NCBI GenBank assembly: GCA_000708835.1
Contig: DF237007.1
Coordinates: 124,001 to 188,000, forward strand
Direction: 5' to 3'
From: Klebsormidium nitens
Taxonomy: Eukaryota; Plantae; Klebsormidiophyceae
Length of the DNA stretch: 64,000 nt
The notes beneath the pieces are model-generated. The model made no database searches, was not told the DNA's origin, and was given only the letters and a program-made list of their open reading frames with translations. Shown piece after piece: positions 61,165 to 64,000 of this stretch; position 1 is the stretch's first letter; every line of letters starts with the position of its first letter. The position numbers and the translations under genes are program-made.

Positions 61165-64000
61165 TTAAAATTCATCTTCGTCGTCCTCAGCCAACTGCTT
61201 AGCCAGGTCTTGCTCCTGCTGCTGGCGCTCACGCCTCTTCTCCTCGGTCTCGAGATCCCCCTTGTGCGACCCCGGAGGATACCGCATGGCCTTCACTGCC
61301 TCGTTGTGGGTGTTCAAGCAGAAACTAATCCGAGAGTGGAATGCAGATTGGGGCTCCACCGTGCTGTAGATGTCCCCCGTCTCCTTCGACTGGACGAACC
61401 TGGGTAACACAAAAAGATATGATGTGAGCAGTCGAGGTGCCCGGTCAAGTCCGCTCTTCTTGAATTCCGAAGCGTCCTAAACCTCTTTTGCCACAGTCTG
61501 GAAAGCTCGACGATGACGCATCCACAGTTTGCAACAAAAGACCATGTGCTTCGGCTGACCAAAAGACGCCCAAGCTTCTGAATGCTTCTGAAGAATGTCG
61601 CACACTCAGCACACCACAAAAGAGATGAGCACGTCAGATATCGTACCAGTCACAAACAATAGCGCGCTGTATCCTCTCCACCTTTCCGAAGAGATGGCAC
61701 TCACCCCTTCGCGTGATCGACCGTCGCGTCGATTCCCCCGTCCCGAATCGCTTTGGTCACGATCGACTCGATGTCCTCGACAGTCCCTTCGAGGCCGAGC
61801 TTAAGGCCCACGTCTTTCAAGCTGATGCGCGAGTAGGAGAGGTTGATGCGCCGCAGCCCGGTGCGGATGACGTTGTGCCGCAGGCGCACAATCAGGTTGC
61901 TCGTCTTGTCCGTCTGGAACACCGCGCCGTACTTCTCGGCCGCGTCGTGGAAGAGCTCCAGGTTGCCGATGCGCACCGCCTGATGGAGAAAAGGAGGGGT
62001 TGACCAACAGATATCCAGAGTGGCGACGATCAGTGAGGTTCGGGCTTCTAAAATGTCATTGGTACAATCACTTGCGCCATCAAGTCTGAACAAGAAAAGT
62101 CTTTGCTTTGGCAACAGATCGACGCAGGCAGACCGCAAGGGGGGACAGAAGACAGGGCGTTTATGATCTTTCGGAGCGTCGATCCAGAAGGGCGAGTCGA
62201 TCGAGTGCGCATGCATACGAGGTGGGGACGGCGCAAGATGGGCCTGACAGAAGGCTGGCGCGGAAACCCTAATGCACAAAATCTGACCCTAAAATGACAA
62301 AGGAACCAGGACAAGGAAGGAGCGTCCATCGCAGCGGCCGTAAACTGCTGTCGGATCCAGGACTGTACTCGACCCAATCGACCATCGATTCCAAGAAACC
62401 TAGTCAACGCTGATACCATTCAGCGGGACTTCCGTTTCTCCGCCTTCGTTAACGAAAACGAAATGGTTTAGGAAAGCGGCCGAGGCTCACGTTCGTCAGT
62501 TCAAAGTATGGCTTCAGGGCTTCCCGCAGCCCCGGCTGGATGAAGGTCGTCCGTTCCGGAATCTCTCCGAGCAGCAGCCGCACGATGGTCGCCCATTTGG
62601 TGCATCTACGGACAGGATAGCTCACCATAAGATTGACTGCTTTCGGTCATAAATTCTGCTTTCCCACAACCTCCAGAAAGCGATTGGCATAGGAGTCATC
62701 TCACAGGCGAGAGAGTCGAGCTGAGAAGGGCCCGCTCATCGAACTCGTCAGATTCTTTCATTTCGAGCAGCGGAGATTATGAGGGGCCAGAAAGATTCAA
62801 AGAGACGAGTGGTTTCCCATTAACAGTCCCCGCCAGATCGAGCATCAAGCTGCCCCCACGAGTCAAGCCAGCACTGGTTGTTCGTGAGCAGATCAATGAA
62901 CGTCGCAATGCTCACGCGATCCTGAAGCCCTTGGCAGACTGGGGCGCCTTGCGCAGTGCCTGCAGGAGGCACTCCTTGGCGTCCGTGTATTCCAGCTGGA
63001 TCGCCTGAATGCGGCCCTGGTAGTACAAGTACCGCGACAGCTGCACCAAGAACATTGTCAACAGTCAAAGAGGTTTTCGCGTCTTGTCTGTGTTTGGCAC
63101 AGTGGTTCACACAAATACCGTTCTTTGCAGGATGATTAAGTGTCTGTTCGGGGACCGTGTCTTGTCTGGGGTTCCGTTTTGATGAAGCATGATACGCCAG
63201 GCTGAACGTGGAGGGCCAACTCGTACGTTGATAGTAACAGTGAGACAGGAACTATGGACAGAGACCTGATCTATGCTGCCACTGTGCCTTGACCGAAGTC
63301 GGTACAGGGAAGCATCGAGCACGACAATTGCCGAGAAGTAATCAGTGTAAGCAGCGCGGTGGTCTGCAGGCAACAAGGGGAACGTAGATCATCCCAGAGA
63401 GGACAATCGCAGCTTGCAAGCGACTAGGGAAGGAGAGAGACCCACCCCGACAGCTGAGAATAGAGGCTCACCTGCTGGTTGGACGAAGTCTCTGGCCGCT
63501 GCGTTTTGGCGCGCAGCTTCTCGGCCTGTTCGTACAGGTTGTAGTGCAGATAGTTGCGCAGCAGCAGGTTCAGCAACGTCTCCTGGATTACATCGAGAGC
63601 GGCTCAGAAAGGAGACAACAGAGAAAAGAAACCCGGAGAGACTCTGTAGATCCAACCTGCCCACTAGCCCAGCAGGAGCGAGATTAGTTCGCCAAAAGTT
63701 GCCCCTAAGCCGTACATGGAAAAGATGATAGAACCAAGCAAGCTCCTGAAACCAGCTGATTCCTACTGAAAACAAGCGGCGCTGCACTCAGCTTGTGCAG
63801 AACGGACGCGTCATCAATGTTCCAGAGCGCACAATCGCTCCCCTCAGAATGTGAAAAAGAAAGCTTTACCTGGCCAATCTCGTCATGCCGCAAAGTGGCC
63901 GTTCTGTGTAGCCCCAAGAGTGTGGCCCGGATCGTGTTGAGCTCGTTGGATCGCTCGTACGCCAGCGAGAAGTAAAAGTACACGCGCGCAGCGATGCTGT
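61165..64000 (-). CDS. RPN3: 26S proteasome lid subunit RPN3 (PSMD3), 3' portion; exons complement(join(61165..61399,61705..61979,62491..62605,62916..63040,63472..63582,63870..>64000))
   Basis: [59 protein letters not shown]-domain [22 protein letters not shown], and the C-terminal [31 protein letters not shown]...AEDDEDEF. The introns are phase-consistent. Confidence 0.96.

Noticed and set aside
62264-62272. Telo-box AAACCCTAA
   Set aside because: A single intronic occurrence, compatible with chance.

Overview
Intron-rich eukaryotic genomic DNA, not prokaryotic. The combination of plant-type genes (DOG1/TGA-like domain, WRC domains, complex I bridge ferredoxin) with a basal-body SFI1-like gene and very GC-rich exons suggests a flagellate-producing streptophyte alga such as Klebsormidium (inference only). 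I assembled gene models by hand from GT-AG sites and reading-frame phase. In order: MCCB (-, 136-6052); a multi-TM ORF that appears to splice into a DOG1-domain gene (+, 6767-13424); a signal-peptide, multi-TM receptor-like gene (+, 16745-~20340); a gene with four tandem bacterial-type Cache-like sensor domains (-, 23866->28590); a ~21 kb SFI1-repeat gene (-, 31668-52415); C1-type ferredoxin (+, 53292-55460); a 4xWRC protein (-, 56444-58894); and the 3' part of RPN3 (-, 61165->64000). Most unusual observations: (1) a pair of putative Cache-like sensor genes; (2) tandem 'ghost' copies of exon edges with intact splice sites inside introns of three unrelated genes; (3) an old ~9-10 kb tandem duplication with a junction at ~22.5 kb; (4) an 82-bp perfect palindrome beside a tRNA T-arm/B-box fragment and a hAT-like MITE. 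No database searches could be run; all family calls are from motif recognition.
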